Assembly (NCBI GenBank): GCA_036012755.1
Contig: DASCPX010000040.1
Coordinates: 1-64,000, forward strand
Direction of reading: 5' to 3'
Origin: Myxococcota bacterium
Lineage (GTDB): Bacteria > Myxococcota_A > UBA796 > CAJQPC01
Length of the DNA stretch: 64,000 nucleotides
The notes under the pieces are model-generated. The model was not told the origin of the DNA, ran no database searches, and saw only the letters and a program-made list of their open reading frames with translations. Shown here piece after piece: positions 39,055-49,414 of the stretch (the first letter of the stretch is position 1; each line of letters begins with the position of its first letter). The translations under genes and the position numbers were made by a program.

Positions 39055-40682
39055 GTGAACGCGCTCTCCTCTTTCTCCGAGCCCACCCGAGCCTGGTTCG
39101 AGTCCGCTTTTGCTGCGCCGACGCGGGTGCAGCAGGAGGGTTGGGCGCGCATCCAGGCGGACAAACACGCGCTCTTGTTGGCGCCGACCGGAAGCGGCAA
39201 GACCCTGGCTGCCTTCCTCTGGTCGATCGACCGCCTGCTGCGCCTGCCGGAAGACGCGGAGCCCGGCGTGCGGGTGCTCTACATCAGCCCGCTCAAGGCG
39301 CTCGTCTATGACATCGAGCGCAACCTCCGGGCTCCCCTCGGCGGGATCCAGCTGGCGGCGGAGGGCATGGGCCTTCCGCTTCGTCACGTCACCCACTCGG
39401 TTCGGACCGGGGACACTCCCCAGAAGGCGCGGCGGGACTTCAAGAAGCACCCGCCGGAGATCTTCATCACGACCCCCGAGTCGCTCTTCCTGGTCCTCAC
39501 GAGTGAGGCGAGAGAGGCTCTCCGTACAGTCGACACCGTCATCGTCGACGAGATCCATACGATGGCCGGCACCAAGCGCGGGGCCCACCTCGCGCTGTCG
39601 CTGGAGCGCCTGTCCGAGATCACGAACGTAGAGCCCCGCCGCATCGGTCTCTCCGCGACCCAGCGGCCCTTGGAGACCATCGCCGGCTACCTCGGCGGGG
39701 ACCGGGACGTGGCGATCGTCGACGCCTCAGAGGATCCGCACCTCGACCTGCGCATCGTTGTCCCGGTCCACGACATGGAGCGCCCCTGACTGCGCCCTCC
39801 AGAGTCCCGCCAGAGTCCGATAACCGAAACGATAAACCTTACTTACGAGGGCAAGGACGACAAGAGCATCTGGCCGACCATCCACCCACGGCTCCTGGAG
39901 CTCATCCGGGCTCACCGCACGACGATCCTCTTCACGAACAGCCGGCTCTTGTGCGAGAAGCTGAGCCAGCGCCTGAACGAGCTCGCAGGAGAGGAGCTGG
40001 TCCTCGCTCACCACGGCAGCATCGCCCACCATCGCCGAGCCCACGTCGAGGAGCTGCTCAAGACCGGCCAGCTCAAGGCCCTGGTGGCGACCTCGAGCTT
40101 GGAGCTCGGCATCGACATGGGCAGCGTCGATCTCGTGATCCAGGTCGAGTCCCCCGGCAGCGTCGCTCGCGGACTCCAGCGGGCCGGACGAGCCGGACAT
40201 GGAGTCGGGAGGAGTCTGGAAAGGTGCGCCGTGGTTGGTTCGTCGAAGGACTCAGCGGAGCTCAGTTCGCGATGCCCGGCGGGGTCGACGGGTTGCGCGC
40301 CGCGACCGCCGAGGAGCCGCTGGTCCTCTCGGCGCTGGACCCGGCCAACGCCTGGGGCGCGCTGCTGCCCTGGCCAGAGAGCCCCGGAACCGCCTCCCCC
40401 CGCCGGGCGACGGGATCGGTGGTGGTCCTCCATGGCGGCGAGCCGCTGTTGTGGCTGCCACGCTCCGGAAAGTCGATGGTCACCTTCCCAGCGGCCAGGG
40501 AATCCGAGCGCCTCGCACAGGGACTGCTCCTGTTGAAGGCCCGCCTGAGCCGGTTCTTCGACAGGAGCCTCGTCGTCGCGCAGGTTGACGGCGCCCCCGC
40601 CACAGAGACCCCACTTGTCGAGACCCTGCTGGCCGGTGGCTTCCAGATCGAAGACGGACGGCTTCGGCTCGTCGACTTCTGA
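39055..40682 (+). pseudogene. lhr: Lhr-like ATP-dependent helicase remnant
   Basis: APTGSGKT, TTPES, DEIH, GLSAT; in-frame TGA 39787-39789; resumes with SSLELGIDMG and QRAGRAGH; then jumps out of frame to the C-terminal VRRGWFVEGLSGAQFA and DPANAWGA. Confidence 0.85.
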
Positions 40683-40686
40683 CTCG

Positions 40687-42934
40687 CTAGTTGGGCAGTG
40701 ACTCGGTCAGGTACGCGTCGAAGTGCAGATCAAGGACGAGCTCGTCGTACTCAGGGCAGATGTCAGCTGTACCCACCTCCTCGAGGCCGACCACGTCACC
40801 TGGGGACTCATCACAGTTTTGCTGTAGCACGTCGACGGCGTTGCCGGTCCATGTGTTCCCCGCCAACTCCGCGGTAGAGCCGTGCAGCAACACCCCGGCC
40901 TCAACGGCCCCTGAGATCGTGTTGCCCTCGAGCCGGAGCTCTGAGACCTCGTCCCGGGCCACGATGACGTCCCCGTGCACCTCTGTACCACCCCCGATGT
41001 CCCGGGCGGAGCCAGCGACGAGCGTGTTGTCGATGAGAGGCACGGCGCTCGGGCCCTGCACCCAGACCGCAGCGAGCTCGACATCCGTTACAGATGAGCT
41101 CTCCATCGTCACGACCGACGGCCCGTAGCTGGCCTCCTCGATGAAGACCCCGACCCCTCCCCCCTCGCTCGCGTCCTCGACCACATTCTCTACAGAACTC
41201 GACACGATCGACGCGTTGCAGGCCTCCAGCGCCAGGCCGGCGAAAGCCACGTCGCTCACGGAGCAGTCCGTGCAGGAGATGTCGGCGATGGCGCAGCTGA
41301 TCCCGGGACCCTCTATCGCCTCGACCACCAGGCCATCGATCTCCACCGTGACGTCCTGCTGGACCCCGATGCCAAAGGCGCTGGAGTGCTCGGCGGGTCG
41401 TGTCACGTTGCGGATCGTCGAGTCCTCGATCAGCGCGTATGACTCCTGAGCGACCTGGATCCCAGCGCCCACCGACCCGTCGATGAGGAGATCCCGGGCC
41501 ACCAGGTTCGCGTCGTAGCTGATGGCAGCTCCCCAACCGAACTCTCCGTCTTCCGTGACCTGGACGTCCAGGACGTCGACATCGTCGAGGTTCAGCGAGG
41601 CGCCCCCCTGGAACGCGCCAAGCCCGATGAACAAGGGCCTCTCCACTTTCACGCTCGTAGCGCTCACCGCACAGCCGTTCTGGGCGTGGATGCCAAGACC
41701 TATGTCCCGGCTGCTGGACCCGGTGATGTCCGTGATGTCCACGCGCTCGAAGACCGCAGTCGAGCCCTCGCCGTCGCACAGGACCCCGGCCTCGGCCACC
41801 CGGGCGACGGTCGCATCGGTGAGCACGAACCGACCACCCTGCGCGACCTCGATGCCGTGACCGGTGTCGCTGAGCGCTGCCGGAACGATGTCCTCGACGA
41901 CGATACTCGTCGCCCCATCCGCCAGGAACCCGGTCGCCATGTTGTCGTGAATCCAGCAGTTCCGAATCACGAGCGTGGTGTTCGACAGCGCGTCCAAGCC
42001 GTACCCGCCGACTAGCTGGGCGCGGGTGACCTCGTGGTCAGCTATCTCCACGCCGTCCACCTCGACGGAGAAGCCATTCGAGGTGATGACACCGCCGCCG
42101 TTGTTCGCCAACAGCGCTCCGCCGGTCATGACGAAGGACCCGCTGCGCCCGTCCACGCCCATCGCTGGCGCATCGGTCTCGCTGTAGGTGTTCGAGATCA
42201 CGGAGTCGACCAGGGTGACATCGGACTCACCCGTCACGTAGATGCCGACGTTCTCGTTGTTGTCGACGAGGCTGTCCTCCATGAACACGCTCGAGACGGT
42301 CGCGAAGATCCCGTAGCCGCCAGTGCCGTTGGTGGTCGACACGCCGTCGCGGATGCTGGTGCCGACGAAGGTGACGGTCGACTCCTCGGTCTGCACGTTG
42401 CGGTTCCAGTTTCCGTGCAGGTCGGAGTCGATGACCTCGACTACCGCGCCACCCGAGATGTCCAGCCCATAGCCTCCGGTGGCGCCGCTCCGACGAGTGC
42501 CGAGGACCTCCACGTCGGTCAGCGTCGCTGCTCCGCCCTCGACCAGCACCCCGAAGAGCTCACAGTCCTCTGCCACCACTGATTCCAGCGTTCCGGCGAG
42601 CGAGATGCCGCCGAGCCCCGCGCCCCGTACGGTCACTCCCGACAGCGCGCCAGAGACAGAAAAGCCCAAGCCCTCGGGGGTCCCCTCGAAGACCACCCAC
42701 TCGGGGCACGCTCCGATGATGGCCCCGGGGACATCCAGGCCCGCCGAGTAGGTCCCAGCCTCGACGAGGATCGGCGTCGTCCCTGCCGCCAGCGCAGCAG
42801 AGAGCTCCTCGTCGCTGGAGACGCTCGCCCTCGAGGTCCTCGAATCCGGCGCAGCGCTCGGGCACCTCTGGCTCGTCTGCCGGCTTGGACGGCTGCGGTT
42901 CGTCGCTCGCGCACCCGACCCAGAAAAGAAGCAT
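40687..42934 (-). pseudogene. right-handed beta-helix repeat lipoprotein, frameshift near N-terminus
   Basis: MLLFWVGC start (42934) is in a different frame from the long beta-helix body (track 40687..43827); the switch is near 42820-42830. Confidence 0.65.
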
Positions 42935-42993
42935 CGGTCGAAGTGTAAGCGACCGACCCGAGCCTCGTTGTTTCCAGGAAACCTGGAGTCATC

Positions 42994-43824
42994 ATGTTCA
43001 TCCTCCTCGCACTCCCCGCCTGCAGTGAGCTCGCGATCCCCGTTCGCGCCACCCTCGACGACGGGCAGATCCTCTCCGGCACGCTCGGCACACCGACCCT
43101 GCTTCTCGAGGGGGGACTCGGCACGATCGAGATCCCGATCTACGACATCGGCGAGGTCGTGCCCGTCGAAGGTGGTGACCTCAGCGGATCCGGCGGGCAC
43201 GTGAACGTCTGGCTTCGCAACGGCTCGGAGCTCAAGGGGCGCTGGGCCGAGCCGGAGCTCGAGATCGGCGTCGAGGCGGGGGGCGTGGTCGTCCCAGTCG
43301 ACCTGCCGACCGACGAGCTCCTCCGCTTCCAGATGCTCGAAGGGCAGGTCTGGCCAGAGGGCCTCGTCTACCGCGTCAAGACCAGCCACGGCGACGACTT
43401 CCTCGTCGATCCCGTGCTGACCCAGATCGAGATCGAGAACGAGCTCGGTCGCTTCGCGCCGTTTTTGAGCGAATGCGTGAGCGTCGCCCCCATCCCCGGA
43501 TCCGAGGGCGAGTGGCGAGTCGAGCTCATCAGCGGCACCGTGCTGCAAGGCCCGCTCGTTCACGACGCCATCAACTTCGCGATGCCGATGGGACCGGACG
43601 AGGTCGAGGTCGGACTGGACGTCCTCGTCAGCCTGGAGCGGGAGAACTGGAGCGACAGTCACTACTACCGGGACGTGCTGGCTCCTGCGGAGTCCAACGC
43701 CGAGCCCATGTCCATGGGATGGGACGCGGACGATGAAGAGCAAGGTGCGGGTGCCGCGGACACCGCCGACGGCGTGTGGTTCAGCCGCCGCTCGATGGAC
43801 AACTACAAGCAGCAGACCCACTGA
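42994..43824 (+). CDS. hypothetical lipoprotein
   Basis: MFILLALPAC; repeated V.L..G..L.G units. Confidence 0.72.
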   Translation: MFILLALPACSELAIPVRATLDDGQILSGTLGTPTLLLEGGLGTIEIPIYDIGEVVPVEGGDLSGSGGHVNVWLRNGSELKGRWAEPELEIGVEAGGVVVPVDLPTDELLRFQMLEGQVWPEGLVYRVKTSHGDDFLVDPVLTQIEIENELGRFAPFLSECVSVAPIPGSEGEWRVELISGTVLQGPLVHDAINFAMPMGPDEVEVGLDVLVSLERENWSDSHYYRDVLAPAESNAEPMSMGWDADDEEQGAGAADTADGVWFSRRSMDNYKQQTH

Positions 43825-43831
43825 CAAGCCC

Positions 43832-43940
43832 GCCCCGGTCGCTCCTGCGGGCCAGTTCTTGCGGCACAGGTACCGACGCGGTCGGAAGCCTGCCGATGGG
43901 AACTACGGCGCGCGAAAGAGGCCGCGGGGGGAGCCGGGGC
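43832..43940. other. long imperfect intergenic hairpin (candidate structured RNA)
   Basis: Nested complementary blocks GCCCCGG/CCGGGGC, GCTCC/GGAGC, AGTTC/GAACT, CGGCA/TGCCG, CCGAC/GTCGG. Confidence 0.5.
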
Positions 43941-43943
43941 AAT

Positions 43944-44753
43944 CTAGTCGGGCATCCGAATGAGCCGCAGAGCGACGCGCCGCAGTCCATCGGCGCGGTT
44001 GACGATGCGCATCTCGCTGCCGCCCGGCAGAGCGCAGCCCCCCTCGACGATGTCGGTCTCCACCCAGGTCCCACAGCTGTCGACTTCGACGGTGACGGGG
44101 GCGTCCGAGCGCAGCGTCCAGGCCCAGACACCGGGGCGGATCGGCACGGAGGCGATGCTGCCCTCTGCGACGGCCACAGCCTCCACCGAGACGACCGCGC
44201 CCACGACGACAGGGATCTCGACCTCTTGCTCTCCAGCACGCACGCGGAGGGTCGTCCTGCCCGGGGCCCGAATCTCCAGGACACCGCCAGGCCCGACGGC
44301 GACGACGTGATCGTTCTCCGACCGGACGTGCACCGGCACGTCGATGGTGTTGTCGACCTCGTCGAAGACCTGGATCAGGAGAGGGTCCAGCTCGACCGGC
44401 TCCTGCACACCCTCGACGAGCTCCAAGACGACCTGGAGGTTGCGCGGTTCGACCTCGATTCGCCCGACCAGCTGGCAGACGACCTCGACTGGCTTGCGGA
44501 ACTCCTGGACCTGCAGCGTCACGACGGCCACACCGCTCCGCTGGCACGTGAAGCCCGCGTCCCCGACCGCGACCATGGTGGGGTCCGAGCTCTCGACCGG
44601 CGCGACCACGAGATCGGGCAGCAAGCGCCCCCGACCATCACGCGCGGGCGCGTCCGGGCGCACCTCGCGCTGGTCATACAGGGTGACCTGCTCGACATAG
44701 TCGATCTGCTCGGGGCCGCTCGAACAGCCCCCCATCCACACGAACAGGACCAT
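43944..44753 (-). CDS. hypothetical lipoprotein with Ig-like domains
   Basis: MVLFVWMGGC; SSDP..V.V...G and G.TTLRV.AG (Big_2-like). Confidence 0.68.
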   Translation of the reverse strand: MVLFVWMGGCSSGPEQIDYVEQVTLYDQREVRPDAPARDGRGRLLPDLVVAPVESSDPTMVAVGDAGFTCQRSGVAVVTLQVQEFRKPVEVVCQLVGRIEVEPRNLQVVLELVEGVQEPVELDPLLIQVFDEVDNTIDVPVHVRSENDHVVAVGPGGVLEIRAPGRTTLRVRAGEQEVEIPVVVGAVVSVEAVAVAEGSIASVPIRPGVWAWTLRSDAPVTVEVDSCGTWVETDIVEGGCALPGGSEMRIVNRADGLRRVALRLIRMPD

Positions 44754-44754
44754 C

Positions 44755-46074
44755 TCAGTCAGCGGCCGCCAGGTCGAGATCCTGCCCGGTGGCGCTGGTG
44801 GCGCCGGTCGGGAACTTGCCGGCGTCGTTCTCTCCGCCGGAGGCCACGTGCTCGCCGGGCTCGTTCACGATGCCGTTGCTGTCGTTGTCGGCGTAGGCCC
44901 AGAGGTACACGATCGTGTTCGCTGGAACGTCCAGGCTGTATGGAATCGAGGTCTGGCCAGAGATCTCTGCGGCGGTCCAGGACACCATGTCGTAGGCCTC
45001 GCCTTCGAGCGTCGAGACCGCGATCTCATGCGAGGGCCGGTACTTCAGGGCGGTGACGTAGACACTGGAGCCCGGGTCCAGATCGTCGAAGGTGCCGCCG
45101 GTGACGGAGACCTCACCGCTGATGGAGATGAACGGCACGATGTCGAAGGGCGAGCCGCCGTCCCCGAGAGGAACCTGGATGTCCATGCCCGTGAGGTCGG
45201 AGGTGCCGACCGTGATCGGGTTGCCGTCCACGTCCGGTTCGCTGATGTATGCGCCCCACCGGTCCATGGGGGTGATGAGGGTGTCGCCATCCCGGTCGTG
45301 GGCGCCGACGAGGTTCATGCTGCCGTAGCTCGCGCAGCTCGAGAAGGAGTAGGCGCCCGTGGCCCCGGAGCCGTTGGTCATCGGGGTCGTGTAGTCCCAG
45401 TGGTAGGGGCCGTTTCCGTTGGGGTCTAGCAGCATCGCCACCGCGACGCCGCCGGCGTAGCCCGCGGTAATGAGGACGTCGCCGCTGATGCTGACGGGGT
45501 CCATGCCGCACCACGCGCTGCCGTCTCCGCCGCCCGAGTCGAAGTCGTAGTAGGGGGCGAGAATGCTGATGTCGAGGTCGTCGTGGCTGTCGCCGTGCTG
45601 GACCAGTACGGCGTCGGGGTAGATGCCCATCGGCTCGCCGGAGCCGAGGATGCCGTCGCCCCAGTAGTCGACCTGGGCGTAGAGCCGGAGCTCCCGAGCG
45701 GTCTCGAGATCGACGCTGATCTCGTACTCGTTGGGACCGGTCTGCGGGCCGAGGATGGCGTCGGACCCATGGTAGATCTCACCGCCGCTGCCGTTGTCCT
45801 CGTAGGCGGTCACCCAGATGCCGCCGAAGCGCCACGTGTCGTCATAGGCGTCCTCCCAGGAGAGGTACTCGAGCTCACCATCGTCGTCGTAGGTGTAGAG
45901 CTGAACCGTGACCGTGCCGCGAAGCTCCCCGTGGACCTCGCCGCTATTGCCAGTGTCGTCACCAGGCTCGCCCGACTCCCCGCCGCCGGGGGTCGAGTCG
46001 TCCGGAGACGACGAGTCGTCCGAGCCGGGGTAGCCATTGCAACCAAGGGACAGGGCGATAAGGATCATGATCAC
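44755..46074 (-). CDS. acidic lipoprotein, paralog of 46083..47387
   Basis: LSLGC lipobox; three beta-rich modules with Dx[DN]xDG-like loops. Confidence 0.8.
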   Translation of the reverse strand: MIMILIALSLGCNGYPGSDDSSSPDDSTPGGGESGEPGDDTGNSGEVHGELRGTVTVQLYTYDDDGELEYLSWEDAYDDTWRFGGIWVTAYEDNGSGGEIYHGSDAILGPQTGPNEYEISVDLETARELRLYAQVDYWGDGILGSGEPMGIYPDAVLVQHGDSHDDLDISILAPYYDFDSGGGDGSAWCGMDPVSISGDVLITAGYAGGVAVAMLLDPNGNGPYHWDYTTPMTNGSGATGAYSFSSCASYGSMNLVGAHDRDGDTLITPMDRWGAYISEPDVDGNPITVGTSDLTGMDIQVPLGDGGSPFDIVPFISISGEVSVTGGTFDDLDPGSSVYVTALKYRPSHEIAVSTLEGEAYDMVSWTAAEISGQTSIPYSLDVPANTIVYLWAYADNDSNGIVNEPGEHVASGGENDAGKFPTGATSATGQDLDLAAAD

Positions 46075-46082
46075 TCCAGGAT

Positions 46083-47387
46083 TCAGTCTGCGGCTACGGC
46101 CAGCGACAGCTCATAACCCGCGCTGTCACTAGTCCCCGTGGGGACGCGACCGCTGGATTCGCCAGCGGCAGAGCCGACGGGCTCATCTGGACCGTTGACG
46201 ACGCCGTCGCCTTCGGAGTCCACATAGGCCCAGAGGTAGGTGATGGTGTTGCCCGGAACGGCCAAGCCGAACGGTGCCTCGGTGGCACCGGCGAGCTCGG
46301 AGGCAGTCCAGGACTGGGTGCTGTAGGCGATGTCGTCGAAGCTCGAGACGGCGATCTCGTTCGAGGGGCGGTACTTCAACGCCGTGACATAGACCATGGC
46401 GCCCGCGTCCAGGTCATCGAAGCTGCCCTCTGCCATGCCGACGGTGCCGGAGAGCGTGACGAAGGGAACGACGGCGATGCCGGCTTCGTCGCCGAGCGGG
46501 ATCTGGATGTCGTGCCCCGTCAGGTTCGTGGACCCGAGCATGACGGGGTTCGCGTCGACGTCGGGCTCTGTGTAGTAGGTGCCCCAGCGGTCGAGCGGAT
46601 CCGCGAGCTCGTTGCCGTTTGAGTCCCAGCAGCCGATGAGCCGGGCCGTGCCGTAGTTCTGGCAGATCGTGAGGTCGTAGGGCGCCTCGGCGCCCCCACC
46701 GGTGGAGACGGGGTTGTCCCAGGTCACGTGGTTCCCCATCGGGCCTTCGCCAGCTTCGTTGACGAGCAGGACCGCCGACTCACCACCAGCGTAGGAGACC
46801 GTGATGACCACGTCGCCGCTGATCCCCATGGTGTCGCAGCTGCCGCCGCCGCCGTAGCACTCGGGGACGAGGATGTTGATGTCGAGATCCTCGAGGGTGT
46901 CCCCGTCCTTCAGCGAGATGGCCTCCGGGTAGGTTCCGACGGGATCGTCGCTGCCGATGACGCGGTCGCCCCAGTAGTCCACCGCCGCGTAGAGGTAGAC
47001 GTCCGAGTTCGTCTCCAGCTTGACGTCGACGCTGTAGTCGTCCCCATTGGTGGAGGGAGAGTCGACGGTGTCCTGGCCGACATAGCGGCGGCCACCCTCC
47101 TCGTTGAGCGTGTACGCCGCGACGAAGACCTTTCCGAAGGAGTAGACCCCCCCGCAGGTCGAGTCTGCCCAGTCGATGGTCTCGCGCTCTCCGTCCTCGC
47201 CAGCCGTGTAGAGCTGGACGGTGACGTGGCCCCCGAGCTCCGCCTCGACCTCGCCCCCCTCCTCGCTGTCATCTGTCGCCTCGGAGTCAGGGGCGCTCGA
47301 ATCAGGCGTCTCGCTGTCGCCGGGGACGTGGTCCTTCCAGTCGCAGCCACTGGTCAGGAAGATTGCAAACAGAGTCCAGGTGCCCAT
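46083..47387 (-). CDS. acidic lipoprotein, paralog of 44755..46074
   Basis: LTSGC lipobox; shares VTVQLYT, VDYWGD, DRWG.Y..EPDVD.NP, VYVTALKYRPS and YLWAY with its neighbour. Confidence 0.8.
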   Translation of the reverse strand: MGTWTLFAIFLTSGCDWKDHVPGDSETPDSSAPDSEATDDSEEGGEVEAELGGHVTVQLYTAGEDGERETIDWADSTCGGVYSFGKVFVAAYTLNEEGGRRYVGQDTVDSPSTNGDDYSVDVKLETNSDVYLYAAVDYWGDRVIGSDDPVGTYPEAISLKDGDTLEDLDINILVPECYGGGGSCDTMGISGDVVITVSYAGGESAVLLVNEAGEGPMGNHVTWDNPVSTGGGAEAPYDLTICQNYGTARLIGCWDSNGNELADPLDRWGTYYTEPDVDANPVMLGSTNLTGHDIQIPLGDEAGIAVVPFVTLSGTVGMAEGSFDDLDAGAMVYVTALKYRPSNEIAVSSFDDIAYSTQSWTASELAGATEAPFGLAVPGNTITYLWAYVDSEGDGVVNGPDEPVGSAAGESSGRVPTGTSDSAGYELSLAVAAD

Positions 47388-47528
47388 CTCGCCCTCCGAA
47401 GGGATCAATCATAGCCCGCGCGGCCCAGTAATAGGACTTTTTACACCTCGGTCCCGTGACCGATTGTGTTGACAAGTCAAGTCCATGCATGTGAATCTAC
47501 TTGAGCTGTTCTTGCTGAAGTTGGACAT

Positions 47529-48401
47529 ATGCAGGCTGTTGTTGCTGTTGTTGGACCGGACGAGTCCGTCCCCAGGGTGGTCGCCCGTCCGTTCTTGAAG
47601 TGGGCTGGTGGCAAGCGCAGAATCGTGCCGAGGCTGCTCGAGCGACTCACGCGCCCGATCGGGCGCTACCACGAACCCTTCGTGGGCGGGGGGGCGCTGT
47701 TCTTCTCGCTCGCCCAGCGGCTGGAGGACAGGGCAGAGCGCTGGGCGACGCTCACCGACATGAACCTCCGACTCGTGCGCGCATACCGGGGCATCAAGAA
47801 CGACTTCGACGGCGTGGTCGAGCGCCTCGACGCCTACCGGGCCGGTCACTGCGAGACGCAGTACTACGCGACGCGAGGGAACGACATCGACGCTTGCTCA
47901 GAGGACGCCGATGTCGCTGCCTGGATGATCTACCTGAATCGGACTGGCTTCAACGGGCTCTACCGCGTCAACAAGAGCGGCGGGTTCAACGTGCCGCTGG
48001 GGCGTTACGACAACCCGACGATCCTCGACGAGGGCAACCTCCGAGCCGTGAACCGGGTGCTGCAGAACGTCGAGGTCCGCCACGCCGACTTCACGAACGT
48101 GTTCTTCGAGGCACAACGGGGAGACGCGGTCTACTTCGACCCGCCCTACGTGCCGCTGTCGAAGACCTCGAACTTCACGGCCTACACCAAGGGCGGCTTT
48201 GGACCAGTGGATCAGCTGCGCCTCCGCGACATCGCCTGGGAGCTGAAACGGCGCGGCGTCGACGTCGTGCTCTCGAACCACGACACGGCAGAGGTCCGCG
48301 AGCTCTACCGGGACTTCCACATCGAGAGCGTGCTGGTCGGGCGAGCGATCAACTCGAAGGCTGGCGGTCGCGGCAAGGTCGCCGAGGTCATCATCAGCTA
48401 G
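47529..48401 (+). CDS. dam: DNA adenine methyltransferase (Dam/D12 class), orphan
   Basis: FLKWAGGK, EPFVGGGA, YLNRTGFNGLYRVN..GGFNVP.G, DPPY. Confidence 0.9.
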   Translation: MQAVVAVVGPDESVPRVVARPFLKWAGGKRRIVPRLLERLTRPIGRYHEPFVGGGALFFSLAQRLEDRAERWATLTDMNLRLVRAYRGIKNDFDGVVERLDAYRAGHCETQYYATRGNDIDACSEDADVAAWMIYLNRTGFNGLYRVNKSGGFNVPLGRYDNPTILDEGNLRAVNRVLQNVEVRHADFTNVFFEAQRGDAVYFDPPYVPLSKTSNFTAYTKGGFGPVDQLRLRDIAWELKRRGVDVVLSNHDTAEVRELYRDFHIESVLVGRAINSKAGGRGKVAEVIIS

Positions 48402-49414
48402 TCGAGGCAGCCCTCGAGGTAGTCCCGGGCGGGCTCGGCCAGGCGGCGAGGGCCCCGCTCGATGACGATGCGGTAGCTGGTCATCGCCGCCCCGCAGTCC
48501 TCGAGCCGGTCACGTAGGAGCGTCGCGCGCAGGTAGTGGACCTCTGCGAAGCGGGGGCTGTGGGCGTGGACCTCGAGCCAGGCCTCGACCTGCGACAGCG
48601 CGTCCTCGGGGTCGACCTCTTCGGCGAGGCGCTCCAGCCGCATCACGCTGGCCTCGTGCGCGAAGGGCGACTCCGGGTACTCGGAGAGGAAGGTCTCGAC
48701 GTCGGCGAGCATCAGCTGTCCCGCATCCCGCGAGTTCATCAGGACCACGAAGGCCGGCACGTCCGGAGCGGGATCGACCCTCGGAGGCCGCCTCGGCAGG
48801 GGCCCCCAGGGCTGGATGGAGGCCACAGCGTCGACGTCCTCGACCTCCACGCGCTGTGCGCGCACACCCTCCACTTCGGCCTGTGGCTCGGCGGGGAGCG
48901 GACGTCGCCAGGACGTGCCGGCTGCCAGGAGCACGGTCCCATCTCCGGTGCGCACCTCTGCCTGCCCGGTGAAGACCTCGATGCGCACGTGGCCCCCATC
49001 CAGCAGGATGCTGACCCTGGCGCTCTCGAAGTCGACGTCGACCTCTCCCGCGCGCACCACGACGCGCCGGTCTGCCCGGAAGTTGGCGAGGCCATCCCGG
49101 AGCTCGATCACCAGCGCGTCCTCGTCGACTATTGCGGCATGAGCGCTGCCGTAGACCTCGACCCCAGGGGCGAGGTGGCGGGGGGCGTCAGGCCGTGGAA
49201 ACAGCACGAACGACAGCAGGACGGCGGCTACGGCGAGCAGCCACACGGGAGATCTCCGGCGAGCCTCCCGAGGCCGGAGTCGGGCCAGCTCCGCCGCGCT
49301 CGGCTCGGTGGCGCTCGAGAGCCCCGCCAGCAGTCCAGGCGACAGCGGCTCGACAAGGCGCGCGAGCTCGTCTTCGCTGGGCTCGAGGGCCTCGCGCAGC
49401 TCCGGGGGGATCAT
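48398..49414 (-). CDS. FecR-like anti-sigma factor with C-terminal TPR
   Basis: Starts MIPPELRE; one TM, FecR-like beta region, TPR-like FLSEYPESPF..EA; coupled to the ECF gene. Confidence 0.7.
   Translation of the reverse strand: MIPPELREALEPSEDELARLVEPLSPGLLAGLSSATEPSAAELARLRPREARRRSPVWLLAVAAVLLSFVLFPRPDAPRHLAPGVEVYGSAHAAIVDEDALVIELRDGLANFRADRRVVVRAGEVDVDFESARVSILLDGGHVRIEVFTGQAEVRTGDGTVLLAAGTSWRRPLPAEPQAEVEGVRAQRVEVEDVDAVASIQPWGPLPRRPPRVDPAPDVPAFVVLMNSRDAGQLMLADVETFLSEYPESPFAHEASVMRLERLAEEVDPEDALSQVEAWLEVHAHSPRFAEVHYLRATLLRDRLEDCGAAMTSYRIVIERGPRRLAEPARDYLEGCLD

Noticed and set aside
40687..43827. 1046 aa ORF as a single gene
   Set aside because: Its first ~300 codons are the antisense shadow of 42994..43824; only the beta-helix part is credible.
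43832..43940. Assignment as SRP RNA, 6S RNA or c-di-GMP riboswitch
   Set aside because: It has no SRP GNRA-capped helix 8, is too short for 6S, and lacks the c-di-GMP-I GGCAAA/GAAA architecture. Kept only as an unassigned hairpin.
47529..49414. Restriction-modification or other defence island around dam
   Set aside because: The neighbours are lipoproteins and an ECF/anti-sigma module; no nuclease motifs were seen.
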